A stretch of 64,000 nt of DNA, taken from assembly GCF_008831285.2 (NCBI RefSeq), contig NC_045138.2, positions 24,800,001 through 24,864,000 on the forward strand, read 5' to 3'. The notes below the pieces were generated by a model that was not told where the DNA came from, searched no databases, and saw nothing but the letters and a program-made list of their open reading frames with translations. The stretch comes from Nymphaea colorata. Its lineage: Eukaryota. The position numbers and the translations under genes were made by a program. Positions 12,254-25,800 of this stretch are shown here, piece after piece; position 1 is the stretch's first letter; every line of letters begins with the position of its first letter.

Positions 12254-12939
12254 AGAGAGACGCAACTCCACTAAAACAAGAAAAAGAAACGAAGGATCTA
12301 AGAAGTAGTTGTTTAAAACGAGCATGTTAATGCGATGCAGTTCTTAAACTGCTGATTGTTCGAAAGGTCTTCGTATTCTCAGTCAGTCACAGTTTGAGAG
12401 ATTTAACCTATACAATCATAAATCAAGCAATTTTCGTCATGTGAAGATCATTGGATATCACGGTGAAGGATTTCTATATTTTCTATCGCGTGGCCATTGT
12501 TTTTGTTACACACTAGATTTGGCAGACACCTCACTGAAGGACATTAAGATGGGTACATCTGGAACAAGAAAAGAACCAAGTCGAGCAAATTTCGGGAGTG
12601 CGAGCAAGAGAATCAAGATAAATGAACACTTTGTTACCTGATGCATGAACAATTTACTGTAGTACAATAAAGAAGATAGGGAGGACAGCCCAAAATGCTG
12701 GTTGTACAGAGCTTACTACCAATTGGCAGTTTATGCTGCTGTAACAGCTACGACAGGAAGAGGGCGATTCCTTTACTAGCTAACATGCTCTGCTAGAATC
12801 ACTACTTGAAATCTGCCTTCACTGGTTAGTATAAGAATAGCAAAATCCACAGGTGAATTTTATTATTCTTGCACGATCGGTAAGCTAAAAAATTCACATC
12901 TTCCAGGCCTTTTCTGTAAACACTGCATAAGATTGACAT

Positions 12940-15711
12940 TCAGATTTTCTGCTTAAGGGCCTGCCGAAGCTGAATTTTCTGGCTCTCAACTCTGGCTTCC
13001 AAAAGTTTTGCCTTCAAGCTGTTTCTCTGAGCACTGCGAGGCCATTCAATACAGCCTTTTGTGCCTCCGCTTATACGGGGATTGCTTGCATCAGGTGAGC
13101 TCCAGAGATCCACACTTCCTGGAGTATGAACTCCATCACCAGATATTCTATCTGGAGACATAAGCCGGTTAGAAATCCTTCCCTTTGTCACTTCAACTGG
13201 AATTGCCTTAAATGAATCCCCATTATTGGGTAATGACCGCCAGATTCTGGACACCGTTGAAGGCTTCCTTTTTCTTTGCATTCCTGATGCGGAATAATCT
13301 ACCTCAACTTCCGCAGTTGCAGAGATATTATCAGCATTCTCTTCCCACTCTGTTCCACTTCCTGAGAAGTTACTCCCTTCGTGGTGCCCATTAATGAACA
13401 GGTCACTGCCATCAGGTGAATTGCTAGAACCTTGTTCCTCATCTTGACTGCCCGAGTCCCACACACTTCCATCATCATCTATAGATCCATTCCGATTGAC
13501 TGCTACAACATATTTTTGCAGATGACTATTTAAACCACGAACCTCCGGACTCACAGTGTGAATCTTTGAGCTACGGCTCGCTGGGCTGCAGCAGCCCAGA
13601 TCAGGTTCTAAACCGAAGCATGTTTCTATCTCCTTCTCATACTCATTTGCTTCACCAGAATCCTCGAAGGCAGAGAAAACATCCTCTGATGTAGGAGGCT
13701 GATATGAGAATTCCTTTATGTCTTGAATCTTCACCAAGCTTATTGCATTCCTGAGAATCTCTGCTGCTTTCAATTCCCTAGGGTCTCCAGTACTTCCAGA
13801 TTTTAGAACTGCTTCCAGTTCAGTCTGAATTCTTATCAACTGGGAATACTTATCTTCAAGTGTCAGTTTTGCATCAACCAATTTCATTTGGACCCTTTCT
13901 TCCCTCCATACCTCTGCCATCTGCAGCATCTTCCGCTCTTCTTCAACTTCTTCCCTGATTTTCATGGCCTCTCTTTTTAGTGCTTCAACTTCAGCCTTGT
14001 CATCAGCAATCTCCTTCGCAAGTTCATCGCAGACCTCTTCCATGAGCTCCCTAGCCTTCCTCTCTTTTTCATAGTCTTGCATGAATCTTTTTGAAGTTAA
14101 TTTGGCCTCTGCTAGCTCATTCACCAACTTTGTGTTCATGATCTCTGCCCGCTGTCTGTGTTTCCTTTCCCTGTTGAGGTCCTCCTTCATCCCATCAATC
14201 ACCAACCTTATCTTCTCATGCTCTCTGGTCCTCCATGACGCTCTTTCCTCTGCAAGCTTCCTCAAGAAATGATCAACCTTTTTCTTTGAGGATCTACGTT
14301 CAGCCTCAAGCTCACGAATATGCATCCTGCACAAATCAAGCTCTGATTGAAGAACTGCAACTATTGAGGAAGAAGGCTCTCGTTGATCTTCAATAAAGCT
14401 CAACTGACTGTAGCATCTATAGACGTCATCACTTGTTCTCTGGCGTCCCCTATCCCACTTTGTTGCTCTCTCCATTGCAGGATCCGGAAATGCAACAGAC
14501 GATTCAAGCTGCCATGGTATGCAAAACAATAAGTAGAAACATCCAAACCCACCAGAAACTCATACATGATAAAACACATAGAAGAATACTTTTGCTTGCT
14601 AAATCATGCAAATGTACCTTGTGACAAAATTTATTCATTCTTTGTGAGACCGCAACTGGACTCTGCGATTGGCGATCCCTTGCTTCTGACCCGCATGTTG
14701 ATTCAATGAATTCATGACGAAACGAATTCCCCAAGTGACCAAAGAAAGCCTGAACATAAGAGCAGCATATCCAGAGACAAAAATGGAGATCAGACACAAG
14801 ATCAAGTTCCTGATTCATTCCCTTCAGTATCAAAACAACATCTAACAGATCAAGGATCGGTAAGTTTTTGGGATGATCCGGGAAAACGTCCACAAATACT
14901 AAACCAAGAACCACATTTTTAACATTTTCCGAAGTAAAACAGGTTAACATCAATTTCGATCCAAAAAGAATGGCAAAAATCGTCTTCACCCTCGCTGAAA
15001 ACCCCAAACATCCAGTAAAAAAACTTGCCTAGATCGAATCGCTGTCCTACTCCATTCGATCTCAAAACCACGGAGAAACCCTAAAAGGAGAGCAGGGACC
15101 ACTACTCCACTAGGCATTAAGGGTTGAGACCGAGCTAACACTAAGAATAAAGCCTATCACGGACTAACATCGACAATGGCATCCTTACACCAAGGCCGAA
15201 AGAAGTAAGCAGATCTCGATATGTAAAATAGATGAAAGCAAACCTCAGATCCCACAGGTCGGTGGAGCGTACGGCGAGTTGCCTTGCCGGAGAGGGACGC
15301 CTCCGCAGGCTGTAAACGCCACAACCCGGCGGCGAGCCTCCTGGCCGAGATGATTCCTGCCGGTTTCTCGTCCTTCCCCTTCTTCCTTCCCCCGCCATTG
15401 TCCTGGCCGGATTCCTGGGCCTGCTTCTTTTTCTTCTCCGTCTTCTTCGCCTTGGTTCCTCTGCCACCATCTTCGTCATCGCCCTCGAACTTCCACGTCA
15501 GCAGCGGTGTCGCCGGACTGCCGGCTCTACGTGCTGTGCCACATGCCGCACCGCCACCGCCCTCCCGCTTGAGCCGGATTCGGCCGATGCTGCTCCTCCG
15601 CCGGCGCTGGGGCCTGCGATTCGCCGTCGAAATGGAACGCAGATTCTCCGGTCCGACGGAAGCGGCCGCCGTAGTCTTCATCGGAACCGTCTTAGCAGCT
15701 TCGCATTTCAT
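12940..15711 (-). CDS. Coiled-coil protein, BRANCHLESS TRICHOME/At1g50660/At3g20350/At5g41620-type family (722 aa, 3 exons)
   Basis: Exons 15711-15244 (468 nt), 14749-14618 (132 nt), 14508-12940 (1569 nt), all phase 0 with GT-AG introns. Family motifs PATPLLTWKF, ISARRLAAGLWRLQ, AMERATKWD, MLQMAEVWREERVQMKLVDAK, KGCIEWPR and SLKAKLLEAR...KQKI. Confidence 0.92.
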
Positions 15712-15737
15712 CCTCTCCACCTAGTCGGAGACGCCAT
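15708..15737 (-). promoter_or_regulatory. 9-aa upstream ORF (MASPTRWRG*) whose TGA overlaps the main ATG
   Basis: Minus strand reads tccATG GCG TCT CCG ACT AGG TGG AGA GGA TGA aat; the ATG of MKCEAAK (15711-15709) shares ATGA with the uORF stop. Confidence 0.6.
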
Positions 15738-17029
15738 GGAACAAAAAACGCCCACACACAGCAGAGAGAGCGATGACTGTCAGTATGGCGTCTCCACGAA
15801 AGAGAAAGTGAAGAGCCAGAGAGAAGTAAATGACTAAAATACCCTTACCCTATAATAATTACTGAAAGGGCCAGAGTTGTCCCTATTTATTTTTTTTTGT
15901 ATTTTTTGTAACGGTCGGAAGCATCATCTTCACTTTCCCAAATGACGCTATTACCCTTGCCTTTTGCTGCAAGGTCCAAGTAACGAATATTTTTTGTATG
16001 TTTATTTATGAGAAACCCTCTTCAATCTAAAACCCAGAAACGCTGTATTTTTATGTTTTCAAGGTGGTTTTGATAAATAAATACAGTTCATCCACATAAA
16101 TAAATGCAAGGGAAAAGTTCTTTTCATGTATATAAGGACTCAAATGGGTCGAACCTGAAAAGGCAAGGCCCGTCGAAATCCGAACAAAAAAACCGGTCCA
16201 ATTGCAAACCTATTTAGCATGGTGCAATTTACGCCAACTCACCAATCAAAATTTTAGAAATCATGACCAATAATGCTCATGATAATCATAAAATAAATGC
16301 CGTGAACATATCCATTTTAATTTGTAAATTAGGAGAAGAAACTTAAGTCCAAACAACAATTTTGCTTTATTATTTAGGACTGGTCCAAAGATTTGAATTT
16401 GCAAGTTGCAGCAGCCCCTCGCCTCGCTAGAGAGTAGAGAGAGCCTTGGATTTCAGTGCACTTGTTTAAGGCCCCTTTTATTCTTTGCTATGGTTGTGGG
16501 GTCCACCTTGGGCATGGAGTCCATCACTCTGTTGGTCCCACCCAGAGAGGGACATGGGCCTCTTGATCATGATGAAATGATGGTTTTCCTTGTCCCCACA
16601 TTGGCCTTGCTTATTCTTTGCAACTTATTACATTGATAGCTACTTCTCTAAAAAAAACCTGTGGCTAAGATGATGCTTTCTTCTTCTTCCTCTGTGTCAT
16701 AAGAACTGAGACCTCCTTCTTGTGGCAAGGACATTCTGAATTGTCACTATGAATCTGAAATCTTCTAGTTGGAAACAAGAGATGATTGCACTGAGATTTC
16801 GCTTTCATTGGCTGGTTGATCTTGAATGGAGACCAAGAACTTGGTCATGCTTCCTTTTTACATATATCTGCATATTTCATCAAACATTTTTTGTTTTTGT
16901 TTTAATGGATCGCATGAGGAGTTTGTGACACAAAGACAGAAAACTATGTTTTTGGGTCAATGTTAGATTTGGTGCAATAGAATATGCCAAAGCCTTCATA
17001 TTAGATCTAACCCATGGAGGGGATAGGGG

Positions 17030-17430
17030 TAGGGGGTGAAAAACGAGTCGAGCTACTCGAGATCGACTTGTTAAAGCTCGGCTTGTGAACGAGTTTGAGC
17101 CGAGTTATTTGCTTAACAAGTCGAGCTCGAGTTCATGAGTCGACTCGTTCAAATAATCGAGTTGAGTTCGAGCTCAACACGTAACTGTAGAGTCGAACTT
17201 GAACCTTAATAGAGTTTGTCGAGCCTTACTCGAGTCGAGGTCGAGCTCAACACTTAACGATGAATATCAATTTCATTCAAATGAGTTTGTCGAGCCTTAA
17301 TCGAGTCGAGTTCGAGCTACTTCTGTTGAGCTATTCTCAAGTTGGAGCCCAGTCAAGCTCGATGTTTCATTAGTCGAGCCGAGCTCAAGCTGATTGAACT
17401 CGGGCTCGACTCGGCTCGTGTTTTTTCCTA
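17030..17430. mobile_element. hAT-type MITE rich in GAGCTCGAGTCGAG motifs
   Basis: Ends TAGGGGGTGAAAAACGAGTCGAG ... CTCGGCTCGTGTTTTTTCCTA; 8-bp TSD GATAGGGG (17022-17029) / GACAGGGG (17431-17438). Confidence 0.8.
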
Positions 17431-18824
17431 GACAGGGGCAGAATCAAACTACAAAAAAAAAAACTTATTTTCATCTTAATACTTCAGGACAATTTTTTTT
17501 TATAATTTTAAAAAATTTTAAATTTATTACCAATTACTCTCAACCATTAGGTAGGGGATTCCACCTCTTCAACTATCATGTTATAAAAGCTATGTTAAAC
17601 ATGTTTTGCAGCGAGGTTCGGAAAAAAAAAAACAGACCCTCTTTCCATAAAAACGAATAAATTGGTTGTCTCATTGTAAATTACACTTCATAGGTGCAGG
17701 AAAGAAAGGAGGAGCGGGTATTTTGGACATTTAGGTAATTAATTGAAACCGGTCGCGGTCGGCTTCTTGAAAGTGTGTGCCTGACTCCGTAAGTCCAACC
17801 GCTGACGGCGTGGATTCAGGCCCGGTGGAAACGTAGTCAAACTCCAAAACGGTCCACGTTAGGCGAGTTATTACTCAGGCGAGAGCACAAATTCGTCGAT
17901 CAATTCTGTTTCATACTAAAGGTTTAGCAATTTACAGACAAGTGCTAATAAAAAACTCTATTTTACTAAAACGGGGTTGTAAAAATCTAAAAACTACAAA
18001 CGTATGGGATACTTATAGTTTATACATAGACGCGCGTAGAGCATCCTCTTAGGAAAAACTAGGGAGTTTCGATGCTTTCCTAACTGCATTTTTCTTTTGG
18101 TTTCTTAATAAGTGATCATAAGGTTGAAATCAGTGCATACAAGTGCCAATATTTATTGAACTCCCCGAGGGATCAATGATAATAAAAACGTGCTTAGAGT
18201 TAAGTATGTTACATTTAATCAGTTGATCTAAAAAAATTAAACGAAGCAGTTGATTTAAAAATATGATTTGCACTGCCAATAATATGAAGCAAAATAAGTG
18301 CATCTGATTCATAATAGATAAACTGTAAATTCAACTACCTTGATTGCTTATGACATAGTTTTCTTTGTTTTCAAATACAAAAATCTAAAGTAAACTGTGA
18401 ATTCAGGCCCGTTCGCTTCAATCTTGCACTTGTTTTAATTGTGGTTTCAAAAAATGAAACAGATTTACTAGAGACTTTACTGCTCCAGACTTTTAGGAAA
18501 TACTCATGCGACAGTAATACTATTATTAAACAACCTTTTCTCTAAAGTATAATCGATAGATGCGCAAAATACAGTGAATCGCTCCCAAACATGGTGGCTG
18601 TGAAACTTTATTCCACTCAGTCAAACAAGAGTTGGAGGCTTTGTGAGAAACTTTCCTTCTTACAAGGCAGATTCAGGGGCAGGAAGTAGGGACCCTCTTA
18701 CAAGGCATTGTGGGAAAGAAATCCAGTGCACTCTCGTTTTTGTGAATTGTCCGCAGGCAGAGAGTAATCTCGTTCTCCCTTTCTCTCAAAACACTTTCCT
18801 GGTTGATCTTGCAAAACTGACAAG

Positions 18825-19925
18825 ATGAAGAGGAAGAAATGGACAGAAGAAGAAGAAGAGACCCTCATCAACAAATACTCTGAAATGGTGGCATCGGGGG
18901 CACTGGCCAAACTCAGGACGAGAGAGAAGAAGTTCCTGCCCATATGTGCTCATGTGAACTCCACCCACCACGCCCTAGACCCACAAACCTTCCCCTGGGA
19001 GTGGACATGGCGGGATATCTCCATCAAGATCCAGAACATGAGGCACCAGTACATGGGTGTGAAGCAGAAGATCAGAAAGAGGAAGAAAAGGCGGAAGAAT
19101 GATGGCGGTGGTGGTGGTGATGTTGAAGGTGATGACGCGGATGAATATGATTGGGAGGATGGAGTGAACCACTGGCAGAATTTCTTGCGGTACAAGGAGG
19201 TGTTTGGGGATGTGGATTTGGGTGAAAAATCTGATTGCCTGAATGAGGATTCTGATGTACTTGCATTAGGGTGGGATGGAGATGGGTTGGACGGAGAGAA
19301 CGAATTGTTGGGGGATGAGAGCAATAGGGAGGATGGGGCTGACCATCTTCAGTCGAGAAGGAAGAGATGGAAGAAGGATAGTGGTTGGAGAGCTAGGGTT
19401 TTCAGTTTGTTGTGCACCCATTTGCTGGAAATTAGGGATTTGATGGTGAGGAGGGAAGAGAGGGAGAGAGAGAGGGACAGGGACAGGGTTAGTGATGGTA
19501 GTGGTGGTGGAAGACAGCGGGGGTTTGAATGCGAGGACAGGGAGAGTCTATGGGAGCAGCGGGCAGTGGAGAGGGAGTTGAGGGTGGAGAGGGAATTGGA
19601 GGAGGAGAGGCAGAAGAGGCTGAGGATGGAGGAGAAAAGGGAAAGAGAGGAGATGGAATGGAGGGAAAGGATGGTGAGCTTGCAGATGGAGCATGAGAAG
19701 CAGATGATGCAGATGCATGCTGACGCTTGCCAAAACCAGATGCAGATTTTGGGGGTCTTGGTGAGATTGATGTATCAGCTGTTCGGATCAGGAGGTGATG
19801 GTTTAGGCGGCCTCAATTCGATGCCTCCACAGGTGTTGCAGGCAATGCACCACCCGGAGGGCATGGTGTCTGCTGAAGAGAAGCCGGAGGCGCATTCTGC
19901 TGCCGACTTCATCGTGGATGACTGA
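18825..19925 (+). CDS. Myb/SANT-like (trihelix-type) DNA-binding protein with acidic linker and C-terminal coiled coil
   Basis: Intact 366-aa single-exon ORF. N-terminal KWTEEEEETLINKY...WTWRDISIKIQNMRHQY helical domain, NLS-like KRKKRRK, E/R-rich coiled coil and MQMHADACQNQMQILGVL motif. Confidence 0.9.
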   Translation: MKRKKWTEEEEETLINKYSEMVASGALAKLRTREKKFLPICAHVNSTHHALDPQTFPWEWTWRDISIKIQNMRHQYMGVKQKIRKRKKRRKNDGGGGGDVEGDDADEYDWEDGVNHWQNFLRYKEVFGDVDLGEKSDCLNEDSDVLALGWDGDGLDGENELLGDESNREDGADHLQSRRKRWKKDSGWRARVFSLLCTHLLEIRDLMVRREERERERDRDRVSDGSGGGRQRGFECEDRESLWEQRAVERELRVERELEEERQKRLRMEEKREREEMEWRERMVSLQMEHEKQMMQMHADACQNQMQILGVLVRLMYQLFGSGGDGLGGLNSMPPQVLQAMHHPEGMVSAEEKPEAHSAADFIVDD

Positions 19926-22865
19926 TGATGACACCGGCGTTGGGTGCTTGTTTTCAGGTTGGTCATGGGGAGCTGGTTGTGATGGACGGATCAACAGTAC
20001 ATATTTGTTATCTCTTTGTTTTCTTTCCTCTGTTTTCGGAAACTGTAGTTAGAAAATGGGAAATGAAATAGACGCCAGAATGGAGAAGAGTTGCTGGTGA
20101 GTGTGGCCCTTTCTCTGTCTAAGATGACAAGGGGTAGCAGGGTTGAGTCCACACTTAATTGTACAACACAGTTGAGAAAGAGATGTTCTCTCACAATTTG
20201 GGACGTAAATACTCTTTTTCTGCTAATAAAAGAGGACTGCTTTTGGAGAAGCATAAACTTCTTTTGTACTAGCTCTCATTCTTTTCATGTAGAAGTGGCG
20301 TGTTTCTTTCTGCAGTATCTATTGTCAACTTGCGAGCATACGAATAGTCTTCACAGTGGTGCCGCTATGATGACAACACAGAGGGGATTATTCTTCTTAT
20401 CAAGATATATAGCTGCCATCTTCCTTCAACTTGTCATGTGAACTTGAACAGTGCACTTCGATTCTGTCCTTTAATTATTGTGAGTTTGTGGCAATGAATT
20501 GTTGCTCTTCGTTTCCTCTCTTTTCTCTTGTATATAATTAGTACTTTCGTCTTTATCTGCGCTATAGCTTGACTGGTTGTCTTTGTTTTTTTCCACTTGC
20601 ACGGTTCTTATGTCAAGTCAGTTGCAAAAGTATGCCATAATCGCTTGATGTTGTACGCCATTTTGTCTGCATAAATCAAAGTGCTATAACCTCAAGATTC
20701 TACCAACTGTCCCACTGGATTATTCTGTCTGCATTCTTTACCTACTTAGTTCAAGTGAAGAAAGAATTTTGGTTGACTCAAATCGTTTTCTTCGTGCAAT
20801 TTGATCGGTTTCATGAATCTGAAGCCTGAATCTAGATATTGGTTGTGGGCAGTCCTACGGGAACCCAAGCAGATCATCCCCAACTACGTTATGTTGTTGT
20901 CTTAATTCAATTGGTGAATCTCCAATGACATGCACGGTAAGGTGATACTATGATCTCACAGTTGGATCCTTCCATATCGTCTGTGTATAGTTTGCCACTC
21001 ATCTCATTCATTTACAGGAATTGCTAGTTGTGGCTTTCCCCTTTCTGCCATTTTTTTTCAGATCAGCAGCTTACTTCTTTTTTCTAAATCTGCAATCGCT
21101 TGTTACATCAGGTGCTTTTGGTCCCTCTCTCTGTCTTTGTTAGATGCATATTTGAAAGCAGAACTGAAGATGGTAAATTGGCTTATGTTTAGCAATCAAT
21201 CAGAATGTTTGGTTGTGGATGTCCATTACGCCTTCCTGCAGTCATGCTCAAGGCATGTTTGGCACATGTGGCCACGGCATTGCGTTTAAAACCGTTGGCA
21301 TTTGTTTATTGAAGCAGAAGGTGAGGAGAAGTGTCACAAAACCATGTTACGGACACTCTGGTCCATCCAAATTTGCCTCTTGGATTCCCAAACCTAATCT
21401 TTTATGCCCTGCAAGTTTTTTCCTGAAACCGGTAGACTATTTATTGCCTAGTATGCCTACCATGTGTTATATATTATATTTCTTTCATATGGCACCTTAC
21501 GCTAAGTTATCATATTATATTGTTCAGGCAAATATGTCAACTACATCAGGCAGATGGGTGGAAATACTTAATTACCGCGAAATATTTTATGTGATTCCAC
21601 TATTCAATCGTTGGAGTGGACATGAAATGACGTAGTCGCATTGGTAGCAACTGGGACGTTCTCGTGCCATCCGCTACTTATGTCAACCTTCGGGTTTGTA
21701 GATAAGCCTTTTTAGTGAATCTGGATAGCAGCTACCCGGGTTTGAGTGCCCCATCCTAGTCACCTGAGCTCCTGAAAATGAATATGAAAGCTGATGCAAG
21801 TGATTTAAATGGTCCTGAAGCATAGGAGCAATCAAACGCCCCCATATTGACATTAAGGTATTCACTGATTCATGAAAAATGCATTGATAGGATAATTTCA
21901 TTTCTAGAATCCAGGATTTGGGGATGCGATAGTTTTGACAAGTGATTTCCTAGAATTGAAGATCCATGGTTCCAGGTCTGATGCGATCGAAGGTGGCATG
22001 GGATGATGCTACCAATTGCATGCGCACAACATACCCCAAGATGTCGATCAAGACCTTAAATACATGGAGGATCCAGATTCGGATCAGATCCACATAGTCC
22101 AATAGAAAAACCCATCTTGAGGTTTGGACCCTTTATCTTATGGGGCAGTTTGGTGGCACACTGGGTCGTGGTTATCGTTTTCCTCGAATGACAAGTCTAG
22201 TTGAAAGTGAGTATCAATTATCCAATACCACATAGTGGTCTACCGGTTCCCATGTAGACCCGACCCGTTGATACCCTTAACCCAAATATGTCCGCCCCGA
22301 CAGAAGCGAGCGAGAGTCCCCACCTATTTCCGGATTTCACTCTAAACCAGACGCTGCTCTGTCCCGGACACGCAAAGAATATTGTAATTTGTAAGGAGGA
22401 ATAGATGGGATGATAGCCAACCCAATAAAGGAAGGAAGAGGACCCCAGGTTGTTCGTTTCCACTCTGTTGTCTTATAATTTTGTACTTTAGCTTTCTCCT
22501 AGTATATCTCTTCGCTAGTTGTCTTAGATTTTCTTTTGCAACCTGCGTCCAGGCAACTCCTCAACAAGCTTTTGCAGCACCACAAGTTCTTCTGTTTCCA
22601 TTTTCAAGTCATTCTGAGACACGTTATATTTGTACAGGAAAAGAAGAGGTAATGACATTTTGTTGGGACTTGTTGGTGTATTTGGTTCTGTTTCTTGTTT
22701 GGGTACTTTTGATATTTTGTTTTCTGGGTCATACATACTTGGATTTGTGCGAACTTTTAAAATGTTCTTTTGTTTGCTTTGCTGAATTTGTGGATTGAGG
22801 TTTGATGGCCTTTAGTACCGGGCCTTTTGGGTTTTCTTCAGGTGGGAGTTTGGAACTTTGGAGAA

Positions 22866-25800
22866 ATGGAAGGAGTTGTTGTCAGAAGGGTCATACCGTC
22901 GGATAACAGTTGCCTGTTCAACGCTGTCGGGTTGATTTCTTTTCTTCTTTCTGACTGGTTTTTTAGTTATGTGCCTCTTTTGTAATTTGTGTTCTCTGAT
23001 TACCTTGTCTGTAGATACGTGATGGAACATAATAAACACAAAGCGCAGGAGCTTAGACAGGTTATACAGACACTTCATTTCATTGCTTTTTGGTTTCTAT
23101 TGATTTTAATGGAAGTCCTAGTACTTTTATTAAGATGGACAATTGCAGTCGCTTCCATGAGATTGATTGGTGCAAGTTTTCTTTTTGGCCGAAATCTGAA
23201 ATATTTTGAGACAATTTAAATCAAGTTCAAGACGAGGGCGGGTTATGGAAACTAGTCTGTTCAGCCACATCCGGAAGAAGTAGTGTATGGTTCATCCTGG
23301 ATGTGTTTACAGACCATTTTATAGTTTCTGCAGTTGGAAAATGCAATGCTACGGTAGATGGGTCCTGTTACTTTTCCAGGAAGAAGAAAGATGGGGAGTA
23401 TGAATCCTCGTCCGGTTTATGGAAAGCTCAAAACTATTCCCATACTTCAGTTTTCTGGAATAACCATTAAATTGCTATCCTGAAGATTGTCACTTGCTTT
23501 TAGCCTACTATCTTCTGATTCCATCTGTTCTTACCACAATGATACAGGCCAAATCCAAATTCTTTACTTTTTCTGTAGTTCCTTCTTGTTTCCTTGTAGT
23601 TACTTGGTATCCCTCTTTCTTGTGATTGCTTCTTCATTCCCTTATGACTTCTTTTGGAAACTATAAGATATGTGGACATAAAATGCATCTCTGTTTGTAA
23701 TACAAATCAAAATGAATTATGGCTAATAGAAAAGGCTTCCTGGTAAGCTGTATTCATATACTATTGTGATACAGAGCAAAGTGAATTATGGATACCAGAA
23801 AAGGAAAATAATTCCTGTTAAGCTGCCTGCTTGTAATTTATAGGCATGGCCGCATGGGATTATATGGGAACATATCAACCTAGGAAGAGTAATTGGTCAA
23901 AATCGTTTTACGATGACCTAATATTCATAAAAAAAGACCAGAAGAAAATAGGGGCAATCTTCTAGTCTTCCTCTTACATATTTTCTGTGTCGTATAGTTA
24001 ACATAATTAGTAAGTGAAAAATCTTCATTTTTAATTGCTGAATGCTGCTCATGTGATTTCTTTTAAACAGGCTTGAGGGCCATGAGAAATGACACTTATG
24101 CAAAAACTGTATACTTGTTTCATGGCTGATTCTGACCTTTCTCATTAGCGTAACATACAATTATAATTGGTTTTTTGATGGATGATCTTCTAAGAGATGA
24201 TTGATATTCTCTGGTACCTTGCATGTCTTCATGAATCAGTGCATGCTTGGCCCTTATTGTAGTAGCCAATGGCATCATAGATGAGAGTAATATATCAATT
24301 AGCGTTGAGCACATTTTTCATGGATTAGGCAGAGTATAGAAAACTAAACTGAAAATGAACCATGGAAGTTCCAATGGGGCATTCTTATGACGCTTAGTTC
24401 ACAGTGTATATAAGTTGTAGGAGAATCGAGTAACTCAAACACGGTGGGCTCAACTTAGATATGCTTGCTCGATCCCTACACATGTTAAGTAAATATGAGA
24501 TTATGAGTTCAGGATAATGTCTTGAGCTTGTACACTGAACAAGTCAAACTCGAGTTATCCCATTGGAACTCATTTACTGTTATGTTCAATTTAAAGGTAT
24601 GTATACACAATTTTTTTTGCTTGTGCTTCATGATGTGAACTTTTTTTGTGTACGTGTTCCTCGTTGTTGGTGTCATGCATGGGTTCCAAGTTCAAAACCC
24701 ATTCTTTTCTCTCTGTTTTATATATCTCTCAGAAAGAAGATTTTAGAAATCCTTTCTGACATTGGCTTGACTTGTGCTTAGTGAAGCCAGGCTTGAGCCT
24801 TGTTAAGTTAGCTCTAGCTGAGCTCAAGACGAGGCTCTCAACGCTTGAGATTAGTTGGACTGGGCTCAATAGCCAAAATAAGCACATGGTACAAAAACAT
24901 GGTATTGGAAATATTTATCTATCTACAGAAGTATTGAAACAACGTTTACCTGTAGAATGCGGTGTTTGACATGTAAATATCAGATTCTGTAAAGGGGTCT
25001 TTTCTTGTTAAAATCATGGTAACTTTCATTGCTTTTGTTATTATCTGTCACATGAGCACATTAAAATGGTTGCCATACCTGCGTCAGTATGCCGATTCTT
25101 TGACACTGTGGCAGCAAACTTGGGTATGTTGGGTCAGATCCAATCTAAAACATCTTACTTTAAAACAAAAGGAAAAACGTCGAGTAATCTCATCTGTCTC
25201 ATTGGTTGATGCCAGCAATGGCAGATGCTCCCAATTAACCGATAGCAGCAGTGCTCTACACCTTAAGTCAGCAAATAGCAGCAAGAGAGAGAGAGAGAGA
25301 GAAGGTGATTTCCAATTAGAAGAATCCAGCTGTTTGCCACTGACTAGTCACGGCAAGCTTGAGCACAGTGCTGGATGGAACATTGGTTTCCATTGAAGGC
25401 ACCTTCCTGTGTAGATTTGCTGGGCTTGGTTGATAGCACCTTTCTACATGCCTTCAGAGAGGGAGAGGGTGGGGCTTGCAAGGATAGTCAGGAGAGGCTT
25501 TAAAATAATATTGACTTTTGCTGAAATTTCATGCTGTTGAACATATGCTATATATATTATATACACACACACACACCCTGCCATACACACTTACCTTCGC
25601 CACCATAATCACACCCGAACCCATATTGGCATCCATGTGGCTTAGGTTATTATGCTAAATAACATGTTGGTGAGTTTTTCTTCCTGTATCATTTGTGCTT
25701 CTGTATCCTAGTCCTCATCTTACATTACATGTGCCTTTATATGTTGGATGCTATATCCTATTGGACTTGATTGTGTTGCAAATGTGAAAGTGGAATGTTA

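Noticed and set aside
15712..15720. ORF-track start (MER...) for the coiled-coil gene, and 37202 for S40
   Set aside because: Both are GTG starts from a prokaryote-style caller; the first in-frame ATGs are 15711 and 37130.
19926..22865. Read-through or bicistronic Myb/SANT-OTU2 transcript
   Set aside because: OTU2 has its own plausible GC-rich promoter and first exon near 22250-22448; nothing in the sequence requires a fusion.
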